From positions 68,811 to 132,810 of the forward strand of contig LKMN01000001.1 in assembly GCA_001563875.1 (NCBI GenBank): DNA of 64,000 nucleotides, written 5' to 3'. Under the pieces are notes generated by a model. It was not told the origin of the DNA. It did not search any database and was given only the letters and a program-made list of their open reading frames with translations. Shown here in pieces: positions 36,726 to 45,798 of the stretch; within the stretch, counting starts at the first letter, position 1; each line of letters starts with the position of its first letter. Position numbers and translations under genes: made by a program. Origin of the DNA: Nanohaloarchaea archaeon B1-Br10_U2g1. Lineage in GTDB: Archaea; Nanohalarchaeota; Nanosalinia; Nanosalinales; Nanosalinaceae.

Positions 36726-37462
36726 GACCTACTATCTACTATTTTTTCAATCTCTTTAGCGGCTTCAACCAGTCTTGGTCCAGGCCTGTTAAGTAGAGAG
36801 TCATCTAAGATGTGTATATTACCGGTCTCCACGGCCGTGATATCTTTCCAGCTCTCTCTATCTTTAACAGCTTTATCTGAAACTTTTTCTCCTGCCCCGC
36901 ATATGCTGAGAATTATATGTTCTGGACAGAACTGTCTGAGCTCCTCTAGCTCAAAGGTATCGCTTCTCGTGCCTTCCTCTACAAAGTACTTGCCGTCTAT
37001 AGCCTCTATAACTCCAGGAACCCAGTTACCTGAGAAATGCGGAGGTTCTAGCCATTCCTCACAGTAGATTCTTGTACCGTTAATAGAGATTTTCTCAAGC
37101 TCCTCTCTCATACATTCTACAGTTTTCTCAGCTTCAGCTTCCCTATCAACAGCGCGACCAATCTCAAGTATTGAGCCATAGACCTCTGCTAAAGTGCGTG
37201 GCTTCAGATGTAAGACCTCGAAATCCATAGACTCCAGTTTCTCAACAACTCTATCCTGTAAACTGTCTGAACATACTACAAGATCAGGGTTATGCCCAGC
37301 TAGTTTATCGGTTTTAATACCTTTGGACCAGCCGCCTAGACTTGGTTTGTCCATGGCCTCCTCCGGATAGTTACAGAGAGAAGTTGTAGCTACAAGTTCG
37401 TTATCCACACCTATACGGTAGAGTATCTCTGTGTTTGAGGGCGCCAAGGAAACAACTCTCAT
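36722..37462 (-). CDS. BtuF-like cobalamin/siderophore-binding protein
   Basis: RVVSLAPSNTEIL, CNYP, NPDLV, LLNRPGPRL. No signal peptide. Confidence 0.87.
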   Translation of the reverse strand: MRVVSLAPSNTEILYRIGVDNELVATTSLCNYPEEAMDKPSLGGWSKGIKTDKLAGHNPDLVVCSDSLQDRVVEKLESMDFEVLHLKPRTLAEVYGSILEIGRAVDREAEAEKTVECMREELEKISINGTRIYCEEWLEPPHFSGNWVPGVIEAIDGKYFVEEGTRSDTFELEELRQFCPEHIILSICGAGEKVSDKAVKDRESWKDITAVETGNIHILDDSLLNRPGPRLVEAAKEIEKIVDSRS

Positions 37463-37560
37463 AAACATAGACTGTAACCGGTACAACTTGTAACTTGTGT
37501 TTCTAGAAAGTCAACGGAGTCAATGAAAATATTTAATCCAGATATGTGAAGGTTCGTTTA

Positions 37561-37839
37561 ATGCCTGAAGAGCTGTTGTTCAAGAAAGAGGAGAGAATAA
37601 CCAGTAGAGAGGTATCGCAGTATCTAAAACAGATAGCCTCTAAACTTGAATCTGAGAAAGAGATAACCTTCAAAAGCGGAGAACAGTCCGCCACGATAAA
37701 GGCTCCTCTGAAGCCGGAGTTCGAGGTAAAGATTGAACGAGAAACATCGATCTCAAACGGCAAAAGCAATCTATCACTGGAGATTGGGTTAGGGTGGGAT
37801 GAAAACGGCGGAAAGGACTCCAGGCTGGAAGTCGAATAG
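37561..37839 (+). CDS. Amphi-Trp domain protein
   Basis: LFKKEE..SREVSQYLKQIASKL...FEVKIERE...LSLEIGLGW. Confidence 0.85.
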   Translation: MPEELLFKKEERITSREVSQYLKQIASKLESEKEITFKSGEQSATIKAPLKPEFEVKIERETSISNGKSNLSLEIGLGWDENGGKDSRLEVE

Positions 37840-37884
37840 ATTCTAACGAAACTGTTTTGAAGATGTTAACCAGAGAATTGTTGT

Positions 37885-38727
37885 ATGAGTTTGAAAGTAG
37901 GAGCACACGTATCCGTCTCAGGAGGAGTAGAAAAAGCAGTAGAAAGACAAAAAGAGATTGGAGGTAACTGCGGCCAGATATTCGCAGGATCGCCACGTAC
38001 TTGGTCTGTAGCAGAGTATACCGATGAGGAAGGAGAAAGCTTCCAAAACGGAACAAGAGATGAAGGTCAAAACCCCTACGTAATACATTCTACCTACCTA
38101 GTTAACTTAGGGACACCAAAAGATGATCTATTTGAGAAATCACTGAACTGTCTTCAATCCGAACTGGATGCTGCAGAAAAACTTGGCGTAGAGTATGTTG
38201 TGTTCCATCCTGGAGCCCATACCGGTTCAGGAAGGAAAAACGGCATTCAAAGAATAGCTGAAGGAATAGACGAACTGAACATACCTGAAGGAGTAACATT
38301 ACTACTGGAAAACACTGCAGGAAAAGGTACAACTCTGGGAAGAAGCTTTGGAGAGCTAAGAGAGATGATAGAAAAGAGTTCCACGCCTGAAAAAAAACTT
38401 GGTGTCTGTCTTGACACATGTCACGCACACGCAGCAGGATACGAGCTCAGAGAGAAGGAGGGGTTCCAAGACATGATACAAGAAATTGAAGAGGACTTAG
38501 GGCTTGAAAAAGTGAAGGTTCTACATTTGAACGACTCTAAAAATGAGAAAGGAAGTGAGAAAGACAACCACCAGCATATAGGAGAAGGAAATATAGGAGA
38601 AAAAGGTTTCAAGAATCTTGTAAACTCTGAAAAGTTTGAACAGCTCCCAATGGTACTAGAAACTCCTGTAACTGACGAAAAAGGCTACTCTGAAAACTTA
38701 GCTAAAATAAAGAAGCTTAAGAACTGA
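37885..38727 (+). CDS. nfo: Endonuclease IV
   Basis: GAHVS, HSTYLVNL, FHPG, LENTAG, DTCHAHAAG, HLNDSK, DNHQHIG, LETP. Confidence 0.96.
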   Translation: MSLKVGAHVSVSGGVEKAVERQKEIGGNCGQIFAGSPRTWSVAEYTDEEGESFQNGTRDEGQNPYVIHSTYLVNLGTPKDDLFEKSLNCLQSELDAAEKLGVEYVVFHPGAHTGSGRKNGIQRIAEGIDELNIPEGVTLLLENTAGKGTTLGRSFGELREMIEKSSTPEKKLGVCLDTCHAHAAGYELREKEGFQDMIQEIEEDLGLEKVKVLHLNDSKNEKGSEKDNHQHIGEGNIGEKGFKNLVNSEKFEQLPMVLETPVTDEKGYSENLAKIKKLKN

Positions 38728-38804
38728 TTAAGGCTCTACAGTCACGGATAGTTGTGGCTGAGTCGTAGGTGGTCCTAAAGAGTACAGCTTCCTAGGCTAT
38801 CATC

Positions 38805-39296
38805 ATGTGGGATAAAGATGAAGAGTGGTTCCTCGAAACAACCAGAACCGTGGAATCTGTCCTCAAAGACGAATTTGTAGGAGAGTACTTCAGAAGCAGA
38901 GAGTTCGCTTATTACTTAGAAACGAACTCTGTATGGGCCGGAAGACTGCTGAAAGAGTACTCCTACGAATCAGACGGCTTAGTGATTGAAAGAGACAACG
39001 GCACAATAGTATGGGGGTACAGAACAGATTCAGTAGAGTACGATTCAAAGAGTTTCAGCGAAACTAGGCCACATCGTGAAAAAGAAAATATTCTGTTAGA
39101 TTCTCTTTACCAATCTATCTGTTCCAAAGGCCCTGTTGACTCGATAAAGATTGATGGAGAGATAGGAGATTTTGTAAGCCAAGAATATGAACTACCTTGT
39201 CTGCGTGAAAAGACAGAAAAGGTAGGCGAGATACGTTCAGAGCTATTAGAAAAGTATGACGTTGTAAACGCACAGGGAAAGTATTGTTTAGAATAG
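38805..39296 (+). CDS. Hypothetical protein
   Basis: 163-aa ORF, possible N-terminal wHTH. Confidence 0.65.
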   Translation: MWDKDEEWFLETTRTVESVLKDEFVGEYFRSREFAYYLETNSVWAGRLLKEYSYESDGLVIERDNGTIVWGYRTDSVEYDSKSFSETRPHREKENILLDSLYQSICSKGPVDSIKIDGEIGDFVSQEYELPCLREKTEKVGEIRSELLEKYDVVNAQGKYCLE

Positions 39297-39330
39297 TAGA
39301 TTAATAAACGATTCTCCTTCAAGTGTTTAT

Positions 39331-40299
39331 ATGCCATCTGAAGGTTTACGAGTTGATATAGAACTTCTAATGCTCGTAATAACAGCAGGATTAATGGGCT
39401 ACCTTTTAACAGACCAGTTTATATCTAATGCGCTTTTATCCGGGCTGCTGGCTGCGCTATTCTTTCTGATTGGACTTCAGATAGAGCCTGGCATACTTAA
39501 AAACATACGTTTGAAGCCTAAACAGATGGTTCTGGGGCTATCTACAGTATTCGTTGTAGCTCCAGCCACCGCCTTCATGTTCGGGACTATCGTACCTGAG
39601 TTTCTAGATGTACTTCTAGTAATCGGAGTCTCTGCTGCAGGTATTAGCTCGGCACGTATATGGTCAAATATGACGAACTCGGACGGAGATCTGGCTCATG
39701 ATATAGGAGTTGTGTCTCTTTTTACAGGGCTTTTAGCTATTCCGGTGCTGATAGCGGTAACGGGGCTGAATATTGATTACTCTGTCTTCGCCAGTAATGC
39801 TTTAATACCTCTAACAGCGCTTTTTGTGGGTATAACAGCAAGGAACATTAAAGCTAGAGCTGTTAGCGACCTAAGATACCACTTCTCTAAGGCATCTTTC
39901 TGGCTTATAACAGTAATAACGGTTGCTCAGACCCATCTAATTTTCTTAGAAGAGGGTTTCTCGCTTTTTTACACTTTCCTCTATGCATCACTAGTTTTCA
40001 TGGGTTTCACACTTGCATGTTTCGGTATAGCCTATCTCTTAACACGTATCACGGACATATATAAGAAAGAGGCTAGGGCTATAGCCTTTTCAAACGGCTC
40101 TAAAAATGTAGCAATTGCGTTCTTTATAGCCCTCCATATTGACGGCCTGGCGGTCGCATTAGTAGGTCTCTACTACTTTGTCAGACAGTTGACGGGTTTA
40201 GTGGCTGTAGACTTAATGGTTCATGGCGAGTTCAGAGCATTTAAACGGTTAGTCTTAAAAGCCTCATCGCCACTTGGTAAACTAAGAGTTAACAAATAA
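39331..40299 (+). CDS. Bile acid:sodium symporter-family transporter
   Basis: Multi-TM; FLIGLQI, SDGDLA, ARAIAFSNGSKNVAIA. Confidence 0.82.
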   Translation: MPSEGLRVDIELLMLVITAGLMGYLLTDQFISNALLSGLLAALFFLIGLQIEPGILKNIRLKPKQMVLGLSTVFVVAPATAFMFGTIVPEFLDVLLVIGVSAAGISSARIWSNMTNSDGDLAHDIGVVSLFTGLLAIPVLIAVTGLNIDYSVFASNALIPLTALFVGITARNIKARAVSDLRYHFSKASFWLITVITVAQTHLIFLEEGFSLFYTFLYASLVFMGFTLACFGIAYLLTRITDIYKKEARAIAFSNGSKNVAIAFFIALHIDGLAVALVGLYYFVRQLTGLVAVDLMVHGEFRAFKRLVLKASSPLGKLRVNK

Positions 40300-40322
40300 T
40301 TTTTTAGAAAGGTATAAACTTT

Positions 40323-40826
40323 ATGACAGAAATACACGATAATCAAAGAGTAGGCGTCTATGTAGACGTCCAAAATATGTACTATAGTGCCAAAAACCTG
40401 TATAATTCAAAAATAGATTTTGATAAACTTTTAGACTCCGCTGTAATGAACAGAAAGCTTGTTAGAGCTTCAGCATACGTAATAAAGGCTGATACTCCTG
40501 ACGAAGAAAACTTTTTCGAAGCATTGAGACGTATGGGTTATGAAGTGAAAATTAAGGAGCTTAAAGAGTTCTACGGCGGCCAGAAGAAAGGAGACTGGGA
40601 TCTAGGAATGACTGTAGACATGATACAGCAAGCTAAAAAACTAGATACAGTAGTTCTTGTGACTGGAGATGGAGATTTCGCAGTCTTAGTAGACCATCTT
40701 GAGTCTATGGGTTGCCGAGTTGAAGTAATGAGCTTTGGAAAGTCTTCAGCTAAAGAGATAAGGGAGTCAGCTGACAAGTTCATCGATATGGATGAGAAAC
40801 CAGATAAATTCTTGGTGGATAGGTGA
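40323..40826 (+). CDS. NYN domain protein (LabA/DUF88)
   Basis: VYVDVQNMY, KGDWDLGMTVD, LVTGDGDF, ADKFID. Confidence 0.92.
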   Translation: MTEIHDNQRVGVYVDVQNMYYSAKNLYNSKIDFDKLLDSAVMNRKLVRASAYVIKADTPDEENFFEALRRMGYEVKIKELKEFYGGQKKGDWDLGMTVDMIQQAKKLDTVVLVTGDGDFAVLVDHLESMGCRVEVMSFGKSSAKEIRESADKFIDMDEKPDKFLVDR

Positions 40827-40831
40827 TATAG

Positions 40832-42001
40832 ATGACATCTGTGAACAAAATAACCGCGAAGAACGTAATGAATGAAAACCCTACAACTGTGACGAAAGAC
40901 AAAAGCCTGACACAGATAAAAAACGTGATGGAAGAAAAAGACATAAGAACTGTTCCTGTTCTAGATGACGGAATATTAATAGGTGCGATTGGTTACAGAG
41001 ACCTTATAAGGTTCATACAATTCAATCCGGAGAAGACTGATGTAAAAAAGGTGATGCATCAGCCTCCGGAATTTGATAAAGAAGATAGTCTCGTAGATCT
41101 AGCAGATCTGAGAATCAACTCTGGCCGAAAAATGCTTGTAACTAAGTCAGGAAACTCTTTAGAAGGAGTTGTAACTGATAGAGAGTTTTTAGAGGCATTC
41201 CAAAACTCGGATGAGTTAAGCAAGATATCAACAGAGAGTCTTGCCACAAATAACCTTCTGACCGTGTTCCAAGAAGACTCTGTAGAAAAAGCGCGTCACA
41301 AGATGCTTGACAACAACGTTTCCAGGCTCCCGGTACTCGATAAGAATGGAGAGTTGACTGGGATGCTTAAAAGCACACATGTGCTGAAGACTATGGTTAA
41401 ACGTGAGAGAGTAGAGTCTGGAGGACGTAGTGGAGCAAGAACAGGAGAAGAAGTAAATATTTCAGGAGGACACGAGAAGGAAAGCATGTCTAAGATACCG
41501 GCAAAGAATCTTATGGAAAGGAATTTACTGACGCTAGAAGATCATATTGATGCAGACAAAGCTGCTGAGAAAATGATTGAGGGGTCTGAAGAAGAAATCA
41601 TCTTCGTTAACGGTAAATATCCTGAATCCATCTTAGCGGTTAAGGACTTAGTCGATTACATTGCCGAATTTGCGCCTGGTAAGACTATTCTTGTGAGCTT
41701 GACAGGTATAGATACTTCCGAAGAGAAAGCTGCAGTTCACGGAAAGATCAGGAAACAGCTACAAGGCTCTATAGGCCGTAAAATTGAAAGAGCTGAAGAG
41801 CTACGTATGAGAGTTAAGAAGATGGATTCTGACGGTAAGAAACATCGTTATGAGATTGACACTCGTTTAGACTGTAATTACGGCCTCATTAAGATAGAGG
41901 AGGAAGGATGGGATTTACTGGATGTAGTGGATAACTCGCTCAACCAGTTAAACACTGTTCTCAGAAAGAAAAAAGAGAAGAAAACAGATCACAGGACTTA
42001 A
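40832..42001 (+). CDS. Four-CBS-domain protein with C-terminal HPF/RaiA-like domain
   Basis: CBS motifs (RTVPVLD, SRLPVLDKNGELTGML). C-terminal ELRMRVKK...RYEIDTRL...GWDLLDVVDNSLNQL. Confidence 0.82.
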   Translation: MTSVNKITAKNVMNENPTTVTKDKSLTQIKNVMEEKDIRTVPVLDDGILIGAIGYRDLIRFIQFNPEKTDVKKVMHQPPEFDKEDSLVDLADLRINSGRKMLVTKSGNSLEGVVTDREFLEAFQNSDELSKISTESLATNNLLTVFQEDSVEKARHKMLDNNVSRLPVLDKNGELTGMLKSTHVLKTMVKRERVESGGRSGARTGEEVNISGGHEKESMSKIPAKNLMERNLLTLEDHIDADKAAEKMIEGSEEEIIFVNGKYPESILAVKDLVDYIAEFAPGKTILVSLTGIDTSEEKAAVHGKIRKQLQGSIGRKIERAEELRMRVKKMDSDGKKHRYEIDTRLDCNYGLIKIEEEGWDLLDVVDNSLNQLNTVLRKKKEKKTDHRT

Positions 42002-42357
42002 CGTCCCAATTCTTCTTCGCCCATCTTTTCTAACTTCTTATCTTGTGATATCCCATAGGCCTGAGCGATTTTCTCGAACGCCATAGCGGCGTAGATTAGG
42101 TAGATAAATACAAGCACTAGTATTACGTACATCGGATATCTGGCTACTGATGAGCCGTAGAGCATCGCATCGTAGAACATCATGTACGATACGTAGAGAA
42201 GTAGGACGGCTATAGCCATGAGAAATCTTCGAGAGAACTCTTGTATCTTCTCGTCCTGTATACCCTTGAAGGTGGTGTATACAATGAAGAACGTTATGGT
42301 TCCTATAGCAAGCGTTCCTGCAGTGTTAACTGCTAGAACAATCTCTTCTATACCCAT
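41998..42357 (-). CDS. Small membrane protein (3 TM)
   Basis: Three hydrophobic segments. Confidence 0.75.
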   Translation of the reverse strand: MGIEEIVLAVNTAGTLAIGTITFFIVYTTFKGIQDEKIQEFSRRFLMAIAVLLLYVSYMMFYDAMLYGSSVARYPMYVILVLVFIYLIYAAMAFEKIAQAYGISQDKKLEKMGEEELGR

Positions 42358-42460
42358 GAATTCTTTATTACGAACCTTTTTTAAATAGATTAGTCGGTCT
42401 TAAAGAAATCCCTTTATACTGCCGGTGACCTTTCCTCGAAATCTGGTCAGAAGATAGAGA

Positions 42461-44254
42461 TTAGATTCTAACGTCGAGTTTACCGGACTCATAACACCCT
42501 ATTAGTCTTCCTGCTAAATCAGATTCTTTGGTCAATGCTATCTCTCCGTTTTTACCGACGGTTGCCGTAAACAAGAAGTCGTTACCGTCGTATACATCTA
42601 CTTCTTTTCCTGAATGGTCGGATCCAACGTCTATAATCAATGAGTTGCCTCTTTCCTCTACATGGTACTGTATTCCTTGTTTCAGTGTTTTCTTTCTTGG
42701 CTCGACAGTTATGTCGAGACCGAGCTCCTCTTCTAGTCTGTCGATGTTTTTGCCTCCGTGTCCGATAACGTGTGATATCTCGTCCTCGTCAACCATTAAC
42801 CTGATATGGTCGTTGGAGATAAACTCTATCTCAGGATTGTCAACCTTGCCGCTTAGCTCGTGTTCAAGCTGTTTTCTTGCAAGCTTTTCGGCACCAGTCT
42901 CCTGTTTCTCGCCGTCCACCGGTATAACTACTGTTTCCTCTCCGTAGGTATAGATCTCGTAGACAGGTCTCTCGTTCTTCAGTTCAGATATCTGTACCAC
43001 AGGTCTTGCAAGATCTTCCTCTGTCATACCGTGAGGCACCTTAACAGTAAGCTCAAGCTTGTAGACTTCAGCCACATCCGCGTTCTCAATATGGATAACA
43101 GTATCAACTATCTGAGGTATCATACCGAGCTCCACTCTACCAATTAAACGCTGTACCGCATCGACCGCTTCAGATGCGTGGACAACTCCAAGCATTCCTA
43201 CGCCAGCCATACGCATATCCGAGTACACTTTGAAGTCGGAAGTCTTCCTTACCTCGTCGTAAACCGTGTAATCCGGTCTTACAAGCAGTAGAAAGTCTCC
43301 TGTATTCTCCATCTCCCCATCCAGTTCGGAGTACTGTGTGATATCCGGTCCTACATCAAGATCTCGCGGTTTCTCCATAGTCTTCATTATCTTGCCTTGG
43401 TCTTCGTAGTGTTCGGACAGTGCCTGTGCGAAGGTAGACTTTCCGTGTCCTGGCGCTCCGGCAATCAGTATTCCTTCAGCCCTCTGGTTAAGTCTCTCCA
43501 TAAGTTTGTCAGAAAGATTGTAGTCTTCCAGTCCTACCTTCGATACAGGTCTTACTGCCGTGATCTCAGGAGCTTCCGAGAAGGGCGGTCTAGCCATAGC
43601 TATACGGTAGGAGCCTATCTGTACTACTGTTGCTCCGTCCCCCTCCATCTCGATAAGTCCTTCGTCCGAGATTTCGGCTGTCTCTATAGTTTCCTGTACT
43701 AAGTTCTCAATATCTTGTTGTGTCAACGGGTCTTCTCTTATCTCTTCTAGCGTAAACTCTCCTGGCATCCCTCTCTTAGCTTTAGGCACCGAGCCTTGTT
43801 TGAGGTGTACGCTCATTGTTTTATCGTCGAAGTAGTCTTCTAGTGAGAACTTTTCGACACGTTCTTTCTCGAACAGTTTGACATCTATACCTTTTGCTTC
43901 GGCTACACGGGCCTGTACTATGTCTCCGGTGTATAACGTTGCATCTTCCTCTTCAGCAACGTCTCTTATCAATGCGTCTATACGTCCACTTGATGCCAGT
44001 CCTATCTCTTCCTCTGTTGGCCTTCTTCCGATGAAAGATACCTGGAAATCTTTCTCTTCACCGAGCTCCCGGATATTCTTTATCTCCTGTATACCGGTGT
44101 ACCCTATTTCCAGTCCTTTGTTGGCCTGGTTTTCTACCTCGTCCACCACAAACTCAGGAATTATTACTTCTCCCTTTATTTCGTCTTTTTCTGCTAGCTC
44201 TGAGAGTTTTCCGTCTATAAGTGTGGAGGTATCGGGAACGATTTTATTGCTCAT
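42461..44254 (-). CDS. PIN + VirB11-like ATPase + KH protein (PINA family)
   Basis: IVPDTS PIN start, GAPGHGKST, RPDYTVYDEVR, KH loop IGHGG. Confidence 0.92.
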   Translation of the reverse strand: MSNKIVPDTSTLIDGKLSELAEKDEIKGEVIIPEFVVDEVENQANKGLEIGYTGIQEIKNIRELGEEKDFQVSFIGRRPTEEEIGLASSGRIDALIRDVAEEEDATLYTGDIVQARVAEAKGIDVKLFEKERVEKFSLEDYFDDKTMSVHLKQGSVPKAKRGMPGEFTLEEIREDPLTQQDIENLVQETIETAEISDEGLIEMEGDGATVVQIGSYRIAMARPPFSEAPEITAVRPVSKVGLEDYNLSDKLMERLNQRAEGILIAGAPGHGKSTFAQALSEHYEDQGKIMKTMEKPRDLDVGPDITQYSELDGEMENTGDFLLLVRPDYTVYDEVRKTSDFKVYSDMRMAGVGMLGVVHASEAVDAVQRLIGRVELGMIPQIVDTVIHIENADVAEVYKLELTVKVPHGMTEEDLARPVVQISELKNERPVYEIYTYGEETVVIPVDGEKQETGAEKLARKQLEHELSGKVDNPEIEFISNDHIRLMVDEDEISHVIGHGGKNIDRLEEELGLDITVEPRKKTLKQGIQYHVEERGNSLIIDVGSDHSGKEVDVYDGNDFLFTATVGKNGEIALTKESDLAGRLIGCYESGKLDVRI

Positions 44255-44296
44255 ACAAACTATTTATTAACGACAATTTTCATAAGCCGTTGGTTG

Positions 44297-45106
44297 TCAG
44301 TCAAGATATAGCTGATCCATTCTTACAGATCTGAGAAGCCTCTTTCCTTCATAATTCAGTTCTTCGCCATCAACCAGTCCGTTTAGACCTACTTCATAGT
44401 TTTTATTATCTATGTTGGAAGGTCTTTCCGGCTGTTCAAGTCTGTAGAGATCTCTGATACTTTGTCCTGTGAGGTTTTCATCGTAAAGTACGGAGACAAC
44501 TTCTCTGAACTCGTCTTCAGGACTGTATTCATGCAGCCAACGGTTCTTAAAGCTTTCAGGGTTTCTGAGATATCTGTCTAAATCTATCTCTGTGTCGATA
44601 GTGTTGTTGATGAAGTCGGGCATATCTTTTTCGGTTTTTCTAGATACTGTCTGGTTGTATCTTTCTTCTTCTGCTAGAGCTTCCTTGAACCGGTTCCAGT
44701 TCTGAAGCACCTGTTGTCCTTGGGTTGAAGGCTCTAAGAGTTCATCTACTTCAACCAGGCTCTGGCTTTCTGCTATATCTGTCAGGTCTGGTAGTTCTTC
44801 TTGGTAAGGTTCAGCTTTTACCGGTCCTTCAGAGTCTAGATGGGCCAGTAGTTCGAATACTCCGTACTCGAACAGTGCACTGTAACGTGTTTCTAATGCT
44901 CTTGCCTCTGTAACGGTTATTGGAGTGCTGTTTTTCTCATTTTCTTTTATCGGAGAGGTTCCTGTTGAAAGCTCTTCAGGCATGTTTGAGGTAGTGAGTT
45001 CTCCTAGTTCGCGGTTGAGTTTTTCTGTTTCTCTAGGCATCTCTATGGTTTTTCTGTCTTCTCTTCGCGTAAGTTCTTCTTCTATATCTGTGGCTCTGCC
45101 TTCCAT
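44297..45106 (-). CDS. Hypothetical protein
   Basis: Acidic ORF of about 270 aa; start uncertain. Confidence 0.7.
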   Translation of the reverse strand: MEGRATDIEEELTRREDRKTIEMPRETEKLNRELGELTTSNMPEELSTGTSPIKENEKNSTPITVTEARALETRYSALFEYGVFELLAHLDSEGPVKAEPYQEELPDLTDIAESQSLVEVDELLEPSTQGQQVLQNWNRFKEALAEEERYNQTVSRKTEKDMPDFINNTIDTEIDLDRYLRNPESFKNRWLHEYSPEDEFREVVSVLYDENLTGQSIRDLYRLEQPERPSNIDNKNYEVGLNGLVDGEELNYEGKRLLRSVRMDQLYLD

Positions 45107-45196
45107 ACAATTCAATAGTTACAACCTAACAAATATTAACTTTAACAAATTTTGTTACCAACTAATGAATATTCTTCTGAATTCAACACAGTAGAG

Positions 45197-45284
45197 TTTA
45201 TAATATAACAGTCCAAAGATTGGGTTAGAAGAAAACACTACATGTTGTGGGGGAGGGGGATTGGTTCTCCACAACATCTAGTAT
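45197..45284 (+). promoter_or_regulatory. nrdR-nrdJ promoter with two NrdR boxes
   Basis: TTTATAAT at 45197. ACACTACATGTTGTGG (45235-45250) and CCACAACATCTAGTAT (45269-45284) match the acaCwAtATaTwGtgt consensus. Confidence 0.85.
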
Positions 45285-45309
45285 TAATAGACTAGAGGTA
45301 GCTATAGCT

Positions 45310-45750
45310 ATGCAATGTCCATACTGCAGCAACGAAAAAACAAAAGTAATTGACAGCCGGGAAACAGACAGGAAAGTCCGGAGAAGGAGAGAGTGTTCAA
45401 GCTGCGAAAAACGTTTCACCACATACGAAACCGTTGAACGTTTCGACGTCAAAGTAAAGAAAAGAAACGGTGAAACACAGGACTTCAACCAAGAAAAAAT
45501 ACGTGAGGGCATAGCTAAAGCAGTAAAAAAGACTTCAGCATCAGACCAAGTAGAAGAGATCGTAGAAGAAGTAAAAACTAGCATACTTGGAAACGAAGAA
45601 GTTACAGCTGAAGAGATAGGTGAAGCAGTTAAAAAATCGTTGAAAAAACGAGACGAAGTAGCCTACATGAGATTTGCCTCAGTCTATGACTCTTTTGAAG
45701 ATGCAGAAAGCTTCAAACAGGAAGCAGAAGCTCTTAGAGACTCAAAATAA
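45310..45750 (+). CDS. nrdR: Transcriptional repressor NrdR
   Basis: MQCPYC...VIDSR...RRRRECSSCEKRFTTYE, ATP cone, DEVAYMRFASVY. Confidence 0.97.
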   Translation: MQCPYCSNEKTKVIDSRETDRKVRRRRECSSCEKRFTTYETVERFDVKVKKRNGETQDFNQEKIREGIAKAVKKTSASDQVEEIVEEVKTSILGNEEVTAEEIGEAVKKSLKKRDEVAYMRFASVYDSFEDAESFKQEAEALRDSK

Positions 45751-45798
45751 TACTTCCAATCCATATTTCCAACAAAAAAACAAAGGTGCAACCAATTA

